From a virus, in IMG/VR virus record IMGVR_UViG_3300035070_003385, positions 96,001-160,000 of that record: DNA of 64,000 nt; one strand, 5' to 3'. The notes beneath the pieces are model-generated. The model was not told the DNA's origin, made no database searches, and saw nothing but the letters and a program-made list of their open reading frames with translations. This document shows positions 8,518 through 18,234 of the stretch, one piece after another (the first letter of the stretch is position 1; the number at the start of each line of letters is the position of its first letter). The translations under genes and the position numbers were made by a program.

Positions 8518-9759
8518 ATGATTCGTTTTAAAAAGTTTTTGTCCGAAGAAAAGAACCTGCACATGACACATGCAGAAGATGCTGTTATTGATGGCGGCAT
8601 TGTTGGTACACGAAACGTAATAAACTATCTTCGTGATATTAGAGATATGCTAGCAGGTAATACTAAAGCACCCGTCAATATTAGCGTCAAGTGGGATGGC
8701 GCACCAGCAGTATTTGCTGGCATCGATCCAAGTGATGGAAAATTCTTTGTAGCTAAAAAAGGTATTTTTAATAAGAACCCAAAGCTATATAAAACACACG
8801 CCGATATTGATGCTGATACCGTGGGTAAGGCAGAGCTAAATGCAAAACTAAAAATTGCGTTAGATGAATTTTCAAAACTAGGAATTAAAGGTGTAGTACA
8901 AGGCGATTTTTTATATGAAAAAAGTGATATTAAAGAAGATACGATTGACGGTGAACCGCATATTACTTTCCATCCTAATACGATTGTTTATGCGATACCT
9001 AAATCATCAAAGCTTGCTAAAACAATACTCAGATCCAAGGTCGGAGTGGTCTGGCATACTGTATACCGAGGATCAAGCCTTGAAAAAATGTCTGCAAATT
9101 TTGGAAAGGAGATTGCAAGCGGCCTTAAAACAGTCCCGTCGGTCTGGTCAGTAGACGCAGTATTCAAAGATCAATCTGGCAATGCAACATTTACCGCAAA
9201 AGAGACTGCTGATATTACAAAAATAATATCTCAAATTGGTTCACTGCTTAAGACAATTCCAAAAAACACATTTGATGCTCTCAAGCCAGGATCTCAGTAT
9301 GATATTAATATGCGCCTCAATACTTACATCAATACAAAAGTTCGCGCCGGCGAAAGAATTGGTAATCCAAAAACTTTTGTTAAAGGCTTTCAGAAATACT
9401 TAAGTGATTATTACGATAAAGAAATTGATAGTAAAAAATCGCCAAAAGGTAAAGCAACCTGGCAAGCTAAAAAAGATAATGCCATGATGTTTTTCAAAAA
9501 AGTCAAACCGCGCGATCTTGAAAATTTATTTACTATGTATAACCTAATCGTTGACGCAAAGCATACAATTATTCGTAAACTTGAAAACGTTGATGGCTTA
9601 AAAACACTACTTAAAACCAATAAAGGCTATGAAGTTACAGGGCAAGAAGGTTTTGTTGCAATTGATCGTTATGGTAAGAATGCGTTAAAACTTGTTGACC
9701 GCTTACAATTTTCAGCTGCAAACTTTTCAGATAAATATATTAAGGGATGGCAAAAGTAA
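8518..9759 (+). CDS. conserved T4-like protein with ligase-type covalent nucleotidyltransferase motifs (DUF6267-like)
   Basis: SVKWDGAP (KxDG), QGDFL, QEGFV, LKLVDR; N-terminus MIRFKKFLSEE. Confidence 0.6.
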   Translation: MIRFKKFLSEEKNLHMTHAEDAVIDGGIVGTRNVINYLRDIRDMLAGNTKAPVNISVKWDGAPAVFAGIDPSDGKFFVAKKGIFNKNPKLYKTHADIDADTVGKAELNAKLKIALDEFSKLGIKGVVQGDFLYEKSDIKEDTIDGEPHITFHPNTIVYAIPKSSKLAKTILRSKVGVVWHTVYRGSSLEKMSANFGKEIASGLKTVPSVWSVDAVFKDQSGNATFTAKETADITKIISQIGSLLKTIPKNTFDALKPGSQYDINMRLNTYINTKVRAGERIGNPKTFVKGFQKYLSDYYDKEIDSKKSPKGKATWQAKKDNAMMFFKKVKPRDLENLFTMYNLIVDAKHTIIRKLENVDGLKTLLKTNKGYEVTGQEGFVAIDRYGKNALKLVDRLQFSAANFSDKYIKGWQK

Positions 9760-10544
9760 TGGCTATTTGGAACAAATTAACTCAAGCGTATTTACAAAAT
9801 AATAAAACTTTATTTGAAGCATTTATTCTAGCAGATAAAGACGGCAATATTATCAACTCATTTGGAGTTGCATCTAATATTCCAATTGCTGCGGGCGACG
9901 TTGACGGTTATGACCATATTAACAAATTTGGCGCAACTGATGGAGACGTTACAGCTGGAACTATCTGGGACGGTAATTCAGCAGCAGTAACATATCCGTA
10001 CCCAGCTGCCGGTGTTGTAGCTGTAACTTCTACTCAAAACAGTGGCGCATCAGTTGAAATCCAAGGTCTTGACGCAGACTACGCACCACAAACAGTAACG
10101 ACTACTATTGGTGGAACAACCACTGAAACATTTTCACGAGTATTTAGAGCTCGTATGGTAGATACTAATAACGATGCAGATGTTACTATCAATCAAGGTG
10201 GCGCTTTAGCTGCAAAAATTCTTGAAGATAAAGGCCAAACTCTTATGGCTGTTTATACTGTGCCGGCAGGTAAAACGGCGTATCTAATCAAAACTCAAAT
10301 GGGTTCTGACAAAGCATCAACCAATGCCTCGTTACAATATACATTGTTTGCAAGACCTTTCGGTGGTACATTTAATGTTAAAGGTATTTCGTACGCTGCC
10401 GGCGGTCAAAATGTTATTGTAGAATATCCAGTACCATTAAAGTTTGAAGAAAAGACAGATATTAAAATTGATGTTGTTGCTGCATCGGGTGGTCAAACTT
10501 GTTCAGCAATGTTTGACCTTATATTGGTAGACAACCCGACATAA
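9759..10544 (+). CDS. probable virion structural protein (beta-rich)
   Basis: Ala/Gly/Thr/Val-rich; in a late transcript; coupled to the previous gene. Confidence 0.5.
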   Translation: MAIWNKLTQAYLQNNKTLFEAFILADKDGNIINSFGVASNIPIAAGDVDGYDHINKFGATDGDVTAGTIWDGNSAAVTYPYPAAGVVAVTSTQNSGASVEIQGLDADYAPQTVTTTIGGTTTETFSRVFRARMVDTNNDADVTINQGGALAAKILEDKGQTLMAVYTVPAGKTAYLIKTQMGSDKASTNASLQYTLFARPFGGTFNVKGISYAAGGQNVIVEYPVPLKFEEKTDIKIDVVAASGGQTCSAMFDLILVDNPT

Positions 10545-10675
10545 TGTCACGGTTGACACTAGTGAATACCGTCTATACCAAATTGGCAACCCAAATTAAG
10601 CCTTATTTTTACATTTCCTTAATAAATATAATTGTAATTCAATAAAAACAATCATATGCGTTAAGGAGATGCAAC

Positions 10676-10963
10676 ATGTCACACACACTTCAATCACAAT
10701 CTTTATATAAATTTATTACGTTATCAATAGTAATTGAAAAAATCAAAGCCTTGTTTGTAGCTTTAGACAAATTTATGTATAAGCGTGCATTAAGACGCCA
10801 ATCATATAGAGAATTATCCTCCCTTTCAAATAGAGAATTAAAAGACATTGGCTTGTGCCGTGGCGACATCATGGCTGTTGTTAACGACCAGTTTTACGGT
10901 GACTCTATCCGCGAAAAAGAAACAACTGCAGAAATAAACAAAAATCTTAAAGGGTGGGCATAA
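10676..10963 (+). CDS. DUF1127 (YjiS-like) small protein
   Basis: RRQSYRELSSLSNRELKDIGLCRGDI signature; AAGGAG RBS. Confidence 0.88.
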   Translation: MSHTLQSQSLYKFITLSIVIEKIKALFVALDKFMYKRALRRQSYRELSSLSNRELKDIGLCRGDIMAVVNDQFYGDSIREKETTAEINKNLKGWA

Positions 10964-10964
10964 T

Positions 10965-11162
10965 ATGTTAGAACGTATATACGCAAGATTAGAAATCATT
11001 GGTTATAGCAGAGCTATTGGTGCAATGATTGGATCACCAGGAATTACCGCAGCGCATATGAAAGGCATGTATGAAGCCCGCGAAGACGCAGTTCAAAGAT
11101 TAGCAAAGTTAAAAGCAATAACTAAAGAAGAAAGCTTTGGAAGAACACTATATAATGCTTAA
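10965..11162 (+). CDS. hypothetical small protein
   Basis: ORF track; directly follows the DUF1127 gene. Confidence 0.65.
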   Translation: MLERIYARLEIIGYSRAIGAMIGSPGITAAHMKGMYEAREDAVQRLAKLKAITKEESFGRTLYNA

Positions 11163-11265
11163 TTTTATATTAAATAGTATTAGCGCATTTAATAACGCAG
11201 TTCTTGCCTCAAAATTGTGTGAACAAGGCTACATAGAAGAAGCAAGAAAAGTAATGCTAAGATAA
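11155..11265 (+). CDS. hypothetical 36-aa protein
   Basis: Hand translation MLNFILNSISAFNNAVLASKLCEQGYIEEARKVMLR; overlaps previous stop. Confidence 0.5.
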   Translation: MLNFILNSISAFNNAVLASKLCEQGYIEEARKVMLR

Positions 11266-11299
11266 CAGTAAATTTAGTATAATTAGGTTTGTAAGTAAA

Positions 11300-11307
11300 T
11301 ATAAATA
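11300..11307 (+). promoter_or_regulatory. T4-type late promoter heading the glycan island
   Basis: TATAAATA. Confidence 0.65.
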
Positions 11308-11310
11308 AAG

Positions 11311-11336
11311 GCAGGGACAAGTTCTCTGCTTTTTTT
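11311..11336 (+). terminator. rho-independent terminator
   Basis: GCAGGGA-CAAGT-TCTCTGC then TTTTTTT. Confidence 0.7.
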
Positions 11337-11356
11337 GTTAACAGGGATAATATACT

Positions 11357-11893
11357 ATGAAAGAATGGTTTGAAGGCAAGACCGTAGCGGTTGTAGGAAA
11401 TGCTGCATCTATCATACAACAGAAATATGGCGATGAAATAGATTCTGCGGATGTGGTTGTAAGAATCAATCGTGGTGGGTATCGGTTTCCTCAGTACAAA
11501 AAGCAGATGGGAACGCGTATTGATGTATGGTGTATGCAGAACATCCGACAGAACAAATCTCATTTTAACACTGCTCATAATAAAGGTGTTCTTAAAATGC
11601 AAATGGATACCGAAAGTGTATCTCCTAAATTTATAGAAATGGCCGATGTAGTGTTTTCTGAAGAGGATAGAATAGCTCTTGACAGCAACCTAACAAAGAA
11701 ATCCTCAACCGGGCTCAGAGTCCTCTATTACATTTCTAAACAGGATCCAAAGAGCGTACGCGTATATGGTTTTGATTGGAAAGAAACGTACTCTTGGCAC
11801 GAGAGAAGAAAGTGTGTTGCTCACGTTTTTAGCGAAGAAAAAGAATACTGCTTTAATAATTTTTTTAATAAACAATTCAAATTAAAGATTTAA
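11357..11893 (+). CDS. GT29 (sialyltransferase-like) glycosyltransferase, copy 1
   Basis: Sialylmotif-L-like VAVVGNA..EIDSADVVVRIN; motif-S-like SSTGL..VRVYGFDW. Confidence 0.75.
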   Translation: MKEWFEGKTVAVVGNAASIIQQKYGDEIDSADVVVRINRGGYRFPQYKKQMGTRIDVWCMQNIRQNKSHFNTAHNKGVLKMQMDTESVSPKFIEMADVVFSEEDRIALDSNLTKKSSTGLRVLYYISKQDPKSVRVYGFDWKETYSWHERRKCVAHVFSEEKEYCFNNFFNKQFKLKI

Positions 11894-12949
11894 ATGAAGT
11901 TTTTTGTAGCATCCTCTTCTAAGGCGACCGCTTCTTTTGCGAGTAGAGCACAGTGCCCAAGAATAAAGTATTTTTCTAGGAATAGAGTCATTCCAAGACG
12001 CGTTGTCCCTGAGAACTACATGCATAGCTTTAACAATGCTGATGTTTTAATTTTAAATGGAACTTGGGGTTCAGAAATTAGAAAGAACGCATATCTAGAA
12101 GGATACTTAAACGGAGATTATACAGACGGTTACATACCAGATATAGAATACGAATGTGATAGTATACCACGTTTAAATAGATCAGCAACATTAGATTATA
12201 TTAACGTTGAGCTCTTGAGGATGGCAAATGAACAAAATAAACCCGTAGTCGTATTTGAAAGCTCTACAGTGTCAAGAGCAGAAGCAAACTATGAAACGAC
12301 GTTTAACATTAAGGATTACGCGAGAGTAGGATTATATAGCTGGATGCACGGTGATGGAAAGTGGCTTCATCCTGATGATTTCGAATCTCTTCAGATAGTA
12401 AAAGCCCCTCGTTTGTATAATCATATTTGGAAACACGATAAAGATAACGGTGCAATATATATCTTTACCGGTTTTGAAATGGATCCAACGGGCACAAAAC
12501 ACCCAAAGGATTTTTTATTAGAAACAGTAGAAACAATAAGAAACAAAACGAACCGAAGAATATGCATAAAGGTTCATCCTATGTCTAAATTACAAAATTA
12601 CGTTAAAGAACTATTAATTGAGTATAAAAACATTCATATCATTGGTAAAAACATTACAATGCAAAACCTTTATCATGATATGTATTGTGCAGTGATTGAT
12701 AATTCAACGAGTATATTTGAATTGATAGACGCAGGAATACCGACCTTTTGTTCAAAAATGAACTTTGGTTCAGAACTATTGAATACGAACATAGAAAATA
12801 TATGTGATCCGTATCTTGCTCCAAAAAAAGAAGTCTTGGACTGGACTGTAAGAATGTCTTGCACAGAACTTCATAAAGACATCATACTGTCAGATGATAT
12901 AGTAACATACGTAGAAAAGTTAGTAAGGAGACACTGGGATGGATTTTAA
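11894..12949 (+). CDS. KpsC/KpsS-like GT-B glycosyltransferase, copy 1
   Basis: IKVHP and CAVIDNSTSIFELIDAGIPTF C-terminal motifs. Confidence 0.55.
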   Translation: MKFFVASSSKATASFASRAQCPRIKYFSRNRVIPRRVVPENYMHSFNNADVLILNGTWGSEIRKNAYLEGYLNGDYTDGYIPDIEYECDSIPRLNRSATLDYINVELLRMANEQNKPVVVFESSTVSRAEANYETTFNIKDYARVGLYSWMHGDGKWLHPDDFESLQIVKAPRLYNHIWKHDKDNGAIYIFTGFEMDPTGTKHPKDFLLETVETIRNKTNRRICIKVHPMSKLQNYVKELLIEYKNIHIIGKNITMQNLYHDMYCAVIDNSTSIFELIDAGIPTFCSKMNFGSELLNTNIENICDPYLAPKKEVLDWTVRMSCTELHKDIILSDDIVTYVEKLVRRHWDGF

Positions 12950-13502
12950 AGAGAATCAGCACGGAGGTGGAACAAACATTGACATAGAAGCGTTAAAATA
13001 TGCTATGAAAAAATGGAATGTAAATTCTATGATTGACATTGGTTGCGGCACGGGCGACCAAGTGTTCGAAGGAATAAAACTTGGTATAGATTCTTACGGT
13101 GTAGATGGTACACAATCAATACCAAATACCTCTAATTTTCAAAGAGTAGATTATCGTGTTGGAGCTTCAACGTTTGACAGAGAATTTGATTTAGGCTGGA
13201 GCGTGGAGTTTGTTGAACATATTGAAGAAGAATGCATACCTATTTTTATGAAAGATTTTCAGAAATGCAAGAGAGTTATATTAACAGCGGCTCCTCCTTT
13301 TTGGGGTGGTAAGAACCACGTAAACGAACAATCAGAAATATATTGGATTGATGTGTTCCAAAAATATGGTTTTAAAATAAATATTGAAGAGTCTTTGCTT
13401 TTAAGAAAGGCGTCTATAACGCTAATGAATAATAAAATAAGACCTCCACGACAACAATTTGTGTCAATAAGAGGTCTCGTATTTGAAATAAATAATAAAT
13501 GA
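12939..13502 (+). CDS. class I SAM-dependent methyltransferase
   Basis: MIDIGCGTG glycine loop; SVEFVEHI. Confidence 0.85.
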   Translation: MDFKENQHGGGTNIDIEALKYAMKKWNVNSMIDIGCGTGDQVFEGIKLGIDSYGVDGTQSIPNTSNFQRVDYRVGASTFDREFDLGWSVEFVEHIEEECIPIFMKDFQKCKRVILTAAPPFWGGKNHVNEQSEIYWIDVFQKYGFKINIEESLLLRKASITLMNNKIRPPRQQFVSIRGLVFEINNK

Positions 13503-14404
13503 AAAGTACGATATTTTATAATACCTTAAAATCAAATAGAGTTGATAATAGGTTTAACGCGATTGCTAACGCATTTCCTAACTGTAACATTGTAAGAGGT
13601 TACGAAGGTGTTCAGGATTGCGATATTGCAATTATACAAGGGTGGTCAAAGAAAAAAGGTAAAGGCGCACACAATCTTTTACGAAAGCTAGTTATCGAAA
13701 CCCAGTTAGAAAAAAACAAAAACATTCTCACAATAGATGGAAATATATTTAATTATTTGTCAAAAGGCATATATTTTAGATATAGTTTAAATGGGATTTA
13801 TGCAAACACTGGATATTATTTTGATAATACAATAGATCCTAATAGGTGGAAAAAAATAAAAAGCACAATAGGATTTGATTTAAAAAGTTGGAGACAAGAA
13901 GGCGAACATATTCTTATATTATTACAAAAAGATTCTGGGTGGACAATGGAAGAAAAAAGTAACATATCATGGTGTTCTGAAACTATAAATAAAATAAGAA
14001 AATATACGGATAGGCCAATTGTAATAAGAATGCATCCGTCTGATGTAAAACACAAAGAAAATTATTTAATGATGGCGCGGAATAAAAAAGTAACTTTATC
14101 TGAAAATAAAAACATTATGCAAGATTTAAAAAATGCATGGTGTTCAATATCACACAACAGCTCTCCAGGCGCTGTGAGTGTATTAGAAGGTATACCAGTT
14201 TTTATAACTGATAAAGATTGGCAGAAAAGCCCTGCAGGACTTGTTGGTAATTATGACATGTCTAAAATAGAAAATCCCGTTTTACCAAATAGAGAATCTT
14301 GGGTACAAAAACTTGCTATGTCTCATTTTAGTATTGAAGATATTAAAAAAGGTCTATTATGGGAAAGCATAAACGAATATTTTTATAGGTGTAAACAAAA
14401 ATGA
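13499..14404 (+). CDS. KpsC/KpsS-like GT-B glycosyltransferase, copy 2
   Basis: IVIRMHP and CSISHNSSPGAVSVLEGIPVF. Confidence 0.6.
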   Translation: MKSTIFYNTLKSNRVDNRFNAIANAFPNCNIVRGYEGVQDCDIAIIQGWSKKKGKGAHNLLRKLVIETQLEKNKNILTIDGNIFNYLSKGIYFRYSLNGIYANTGYYFDNTIDPNRWKKIKSTIGFDLKSWRQEGEHILILLQKDSGWTMEEKSNISWCSETINKIRKYTDRPIVIRMHPSDVKHKENYLMMARNKKVTLSENKNIMQDLKNAWCSISHNSSPGAVSVLEGIPVFITDKDWQKSPAGLVGNYDMSKIENPVLPNRESWVQKLAMSHFSIEDIKKGLLWESINEYFYRCKQK

Positions 14405-15192
14405 AAACAATTAGCGCAGTTACGTGTTTCAATCTTCAAGGATGGAGAGAAACTGGTGGTCTTTTAGTACAAGGGTTTATAAAAAATTGGCCTGATGACG
14501 TGTCACTAACTGTTTATGTTGACAATCCAATTCCAAAAAAAGATTTAATAAGAGATCCAAGAGTTTCGTATAAAATATTAAATTATAAAGATCTTATTTC
14601 CTTTAAGGATAGACATAAAAACAATCCTGAAGCAAATGGATTGGGAAAATATGCTTCGAAAGGAGCTTCAAATTATCGCTATAACGCTGTGCGATTTAGT
14701 CATAAAGTATTTGCTCTTTTTCAATTTTTACAAGAAAATAAAACTGATATTTTAATATGGTTAGATGGAGATAGCAGAACACATTCACCAGTTAAAAGAA
14801 GTGACATATCAAATTGGTGCCCAGAAGGAAAGTTTGCAGGATATCTTGCCCGCCCTTGGATGTATACTGAAACCGGATTTCACATCTTTAATATGAATCA
14901 TGACATTGCTAAAGACTTTTTAAATGCATGGAAACAATATTATTTAGATGACAGTATTTTTAAATTAGAGTTTTGGACTGATTGTCATACATATGACGCG
15001 GCAATGCAAAACTTTAATCAAATACATTGGCATAACCTAAGCCCGCAAATTAAAAACAACCATCCTTTCATCAACGGGCCTCTTGGAGAATTTATGGATC
15101 ATATGAAAGGTCCAAGAAAACAAAAAGGAACTAGTCATAAAAAAGATCTTGTTGTTCAAAGAAAAACTTCGTATTGGAATAACGTAAAATGA
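14401..15192 (+). CDS. GT-A fold glycosyltransferase
   Basis: RFSHKVFA, IWLDGDS (DxD), ETGF, DHMKG motifs. Confidence 0.75.
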   Translation: MKTISAVTCFNLQGWRETGGLLVQGFIKNWPDDVSLTVYVDNPIPKKDLIRDPRVSYKILNYKDLISFKDRHKNNPEANGLGKYASKGASNYRYNAVRFSHKVFALFQFLQENKTDILIWLDGDSRTHSPVKRSDISNWCPEGKFAGYLARPWMYTETGFHIFNMNHDIAKDFLNAWKQYYLDDSIFKLEFWTDCHTYDAAMQNFNQIHWHNLSPQIKNNHPFINGPLGEFMDHMKGPRKQKGTSHKKDLVVQRKTSYWNNVK

Positions 15193-16073
15193 TATATTCA
15201 TTTCTGACAGGCAAAAAAGAACAGGACATTTACGTAAAGTATTTTGGGGCTTCGGTTGGCGCAAAAACAATTTGGACAAAACATTTTTTAGCGAAGTCAA
15301 AAGGTAACAGTCAGGTACCGCCTAGTATTAGACCACGCCCTTTGCCAAAAGAAGTAAACGCAATTATATTTGCGGGCATGCTTCGTGGAAACGCACATTT
15401 ATTTCAATTGGCGAAGCAACATAATATTGATTTTTATTACATTGACCATGCATATTTCAATCGAGGATATAAAAATCCATATTGGATGCGAATTACAAAA
15501 AATGGCTTTGTACAAAATGCAATCCTTTCTGAAATAGATCACGACAGGTATAATTCTAACTTTAATGTTAATTTTGAAAACTACAATTTTAAAAATAAGC
15601 AAAATATTGTTATACTACCGCCCAGTGATGTTGTGTCACAGGTTTTTGATAAAGGAAAATGGGAAAAAAATGTAATTACAACATTAAAAAAATACACAGA
15701 TCGCCCTATTGTTATAAGGAGAAAGTCCTCTCCTTGGGTTCTTGATAAATTATCATATGACTCAGTTAGACCAAAACATCAAGTTAAAAATGATACATCT
15801 TTTGAAGAAGAATTAAAAAACGCATATTGTGTTATTGCGTTTAATAGTTCAGGAGCACTAGACGCATTAAGACTAGGAATTCCAGTTATATGCGATAAAA
15901 TGTGTCCAGCATATCCATTATCTCATTCTATTTCCCAAATTGAAAACTTACAAGAAAAAGATAGAAAACAATTATTCGGTAGTTTGGCTAATGGGCAATA
16001 TACACTGGCAGAAGCTAGAAATGTCAAAACATTTAATTTTATTAATAGAAATAGACAATGGATCGGAAATTAA
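15189..16073 (+). CDS. KpsC/KpsS-like GT-B glycosyltransferase, copy 3
   Basis: FYYIDHAYF, IVIRRK, CVIAFNSSGALDALRLGIPVI. Confidence 0.55.
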   Translation: MIYSFLTGKKEQDIYVKYFGASVGAKTIWTKHFLAKSKGNSQVPPSIRPRPLPKEVNAIIFAGMLRGNAHLFQLAKQHNIDFYYIDHAYFNRGYKNPYWMRITKNGFVQNAILSEIDHDRYNSNFNVNFENYNFKNKQNIVILPPSDVVSQVFDKGKWEKNVITTLKKYTDRPIVIRRKSSPWVLDKLSYDSVRPKHQVKNDTSFEEELKNAYCVIAFNSSGALDALRLGIPVICDKMCPAYPLSHSISQIENLQEKDRKQLFGSLANGQYTLAEARNVKTFNFINRNRQWIGN

Positions 16074-16075
16074 CA

Positions 16076-17236
16076 ATGAAATATAAATTAGCAAGTGATA
16101 CCTGGGGTGATGAAGAAGTTAACGCTATTCATCGAGTAATCTCAAGTGGTAAGTACACGATGGGTGAAGAAGTAAAGAAATACGAAAACCAATTTGCCGA
16201 ATTTTTTGGAAGCAAGCATGCTGTTATGACAAATAGCGGAAGTAGTGCTAATCTTATTACTATATCAGCTCTCGCATTAAATCCAAAATATAAAAATAAA
16301 GGGAATATTATTGTACCGGCCGTAAGCTGGAGCACAACTTATTTTCCAATACACCAATTAGGTTATACTATTCGATTTGTTGATGTTGACCCATATACGT
16401 TTAACATAGATCCTAGTAAAGTAGAGGCAGCTATTGATGAAAACACGGCGGCTGTTTTTGTTGTAAACCTTTTAGGTAATCCAGCAGAACTCAACAAAAT
16501 TAAAGAGATATGTGATAAGCGAAACATTACCTTATTAGAAGATAATTGCGAAAGCTTAGGTGCATTAGAATACAATAAGCACTGCGGATCTGTTGGAGAA
16601 ATGGGTACCTTTAGTTTTTTCTTTAGCCACCACATGCAAACTATGGAAGGCGGAATGGTTCTTACTAATGACGATACCACCTATGAATATTTAAAGAGCC
16701 TACGAGCTCACGGGTGGATAAGAGATAGCACTTCAGATGATCCTTTGTTTGCAAAATCCGGTGATCCATTTGAAGACAGTTTCAAGTTTATATTACCCGG
16801 GTATTGTGTAAGACCACTCGAAATGAGTGGTGCTATTGGCCAAGAGCAATTAAAAAAATGGCCGCAGATGATGATAGATCGAAGAAAGAATGCTGAAATC
16901 GCAAAAAAGGTTTTTGCAGATGTTCCTAATATAAGATTACAAGATGAACACGAAAAAAGCAGTTGGTTTGGTTTTGGACTAGTTCTTGAAGGTGATTTAG
17001 CCGGAAAAAGAAAAATGGTAATTGAAGAGCTCACGAAAAACGGTGTTGAAACACGCCCTATCGTAGCAGGAAACTTTATGCGCAATCCTGTAATAGACCG
17101 ATTAAATTGGGATAGTGTTGGAGATTTTACTGGAACTGATAAATTACATTTTGATGGTTTTTTTATTGGTAACGATTGTGTAGATCTTTCTGATAATATA
17201 CAAATGGCAGCAAATGTAATAAGGAATATAAAATGA
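16076..17236 (+). CDS. colD: GDP-4-keto-6-deoxy-D-mannose 3-dehydratase (ColD-like, PLP-dependent DegT family)
   Basis: FFSHHMQTMEGG with His at the Schiff-base Lys position; NSGSSANL, VSWSTT, EDNCES, PGYCVRPLEM, ETRPIVAGNF. Confidence 0.85.
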   Translation: MKYKLASDTWGDEEVNAIHRVISSGKYTMGEEVKKYENQFAEFFGSKHAVMTNSGSSANLITISALALNPKYKNKGNIIVPAVSWSTTYFPIHQLGYTIRFVDVDPYTFNIDPSKVEAAIDENTAAVFVVNLLGNPAELNKIKEICDKRNITLLEDNCESLGALEYNKHCGSVGEMGTFSFFFSHHMQTMEGGMVLTNDDTTYEYLKSLRAHGWIRDSTSDDPLFAKSGDPFEDSFKFILPGYCVRPLEMSGAIGQEQLKKWPQMMIDRRKNAEIAKKVFADVPNIRLQDEHEKSSWFGFGLVLEGDLAGKRKMVIEELTKNGVETRPIVAGNFMRNPVIDRLNWDSVGDFTGTDKLHFDGFFIGNDCVDLSDNIQMAANVIRNIK

Positions 17237-18234
17237 AAACTGCTTTAATTACTGGTTTCCCAGGACAAGACGCATGCTATCTTGCCGACCTTCTTTTAGG
17301 AAAAGGTTATAATGTATATGGATTAGTAAAAAGATATACAAGCCCAAATTGGTCAAACATCGAATATTTAAATTTATTTGAAAAAGGTCTTAAAACTGTT
17401 ATTGGGGATGTCACCGACCTGTGTAGTATCATGGATGTAATGGAAATAGCAAAACCTGATGAATTTTATAATCTTGCAGCTCAAAGCTTTGTTGGTGGTT
17501 CATGGAGATTACCTTATGTAACTACTCATGTTGATGCTATCGGACCACTTAATTGTCTTGAAGCTATACGACGAATCAAACCTAACACTAAATTTTATCA
17601 GGCTGGCACAAGTGAAATGTTTGGTAACAGCAACATAGACGGAAGACAAACAGAAAATACACCGTTTGAACCTGCGAGCCCGTATGGAATAGCAAAATTG
17701 TATGGTTACCATATAACAAAAAATTACCGTGAAAGTTATGACGCGTTTGCGTGTACTGGTATACTTTTTAATCATGAATCTTCGATACGCGGTATTGAAT
17801 TTGTTTCAAGAAAAATCACAGACGGCGTAGCAAAAATATCATTAGGTAAATCTGATAAAATTGTATTAGGAAATCTTGATGCCGAAAGAGACTGGGGCCA
17901 TGCTAAAGATTATGTAAAAGCCCAATGGCTTATGCTTCAAGAAGACAAACCTGAAGATTTTATTATTGCAACTGGTATTAAACACAGTGTGCGTGATCTA
18001 TGTAAAATAGCTTTTGAAACTGTAGGAATATCAAATTGGGAACAATATGTCAAATCCGATGAAGAATTTCAAAGGCCAAACGAATTACACAGTTTACACG
18101 CTGATTCAAATAAAGCAAAGAATACATTAAATTGGGAACCGGAATATACATTTGAAAAAATGATATCTGAAATGGTTGAAGATGATATATCTAGACATAA
18201 AATTTTAAATGTTGGCGGTACTTTTAAATTATGA
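17233..18234 (+). CDS. gmd: GDP-mannose 4,6-dehydratase
   Basis: ITGFPGQD, YNLAAQSFV, GTSEMFG, SPYGIAKLY (YxxxK), FNHES, RDWGHAKDYV. Confidence 0.92.
   Translation: MKTALITGFPGQDACYLADLLLGKGYNVYGLVKRYTSPNWSNIEYLNLFEKGLKTVIGDVTDLCSIMDVMEIAKPDEFYNLAAQSFVGGSWRLPYVTTHVDAIGPLNCLEAIRRIKPNTKFYQAGTSEMFGNSNIDGRQTENTPFEPASPYGIAKLYGYHITKNYRESYDAFACTGILFNHESSIRGIEFVSRKITDGVAKISLGKSDKIVLGNLDAERDWGHAKDYVKAQWLMLQEDKPEDFIIATGIKHSVRDLCKIAFETVGISNWEQYVKSDEEFQRPNELHSLHADSNKAKNTLNWEPEYTFEKMISEMVEDDISRHKILNVGGTFKL

Noticed and set aside
11189-11602. 137-aa minus-strand ORF and other minus-strand ORFs in the track (e.g. 59387-59863, 30011-30439)
   Set aside because: Antisense to well-supported plus-strand genes or regulatory sites, with no recognisable motifs
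16076-17236. Perosamine synthase / ordinary DegT aminotransferase
   Set aside because: Catalytic Lys position is His (SHH), as in ColD dehydratases
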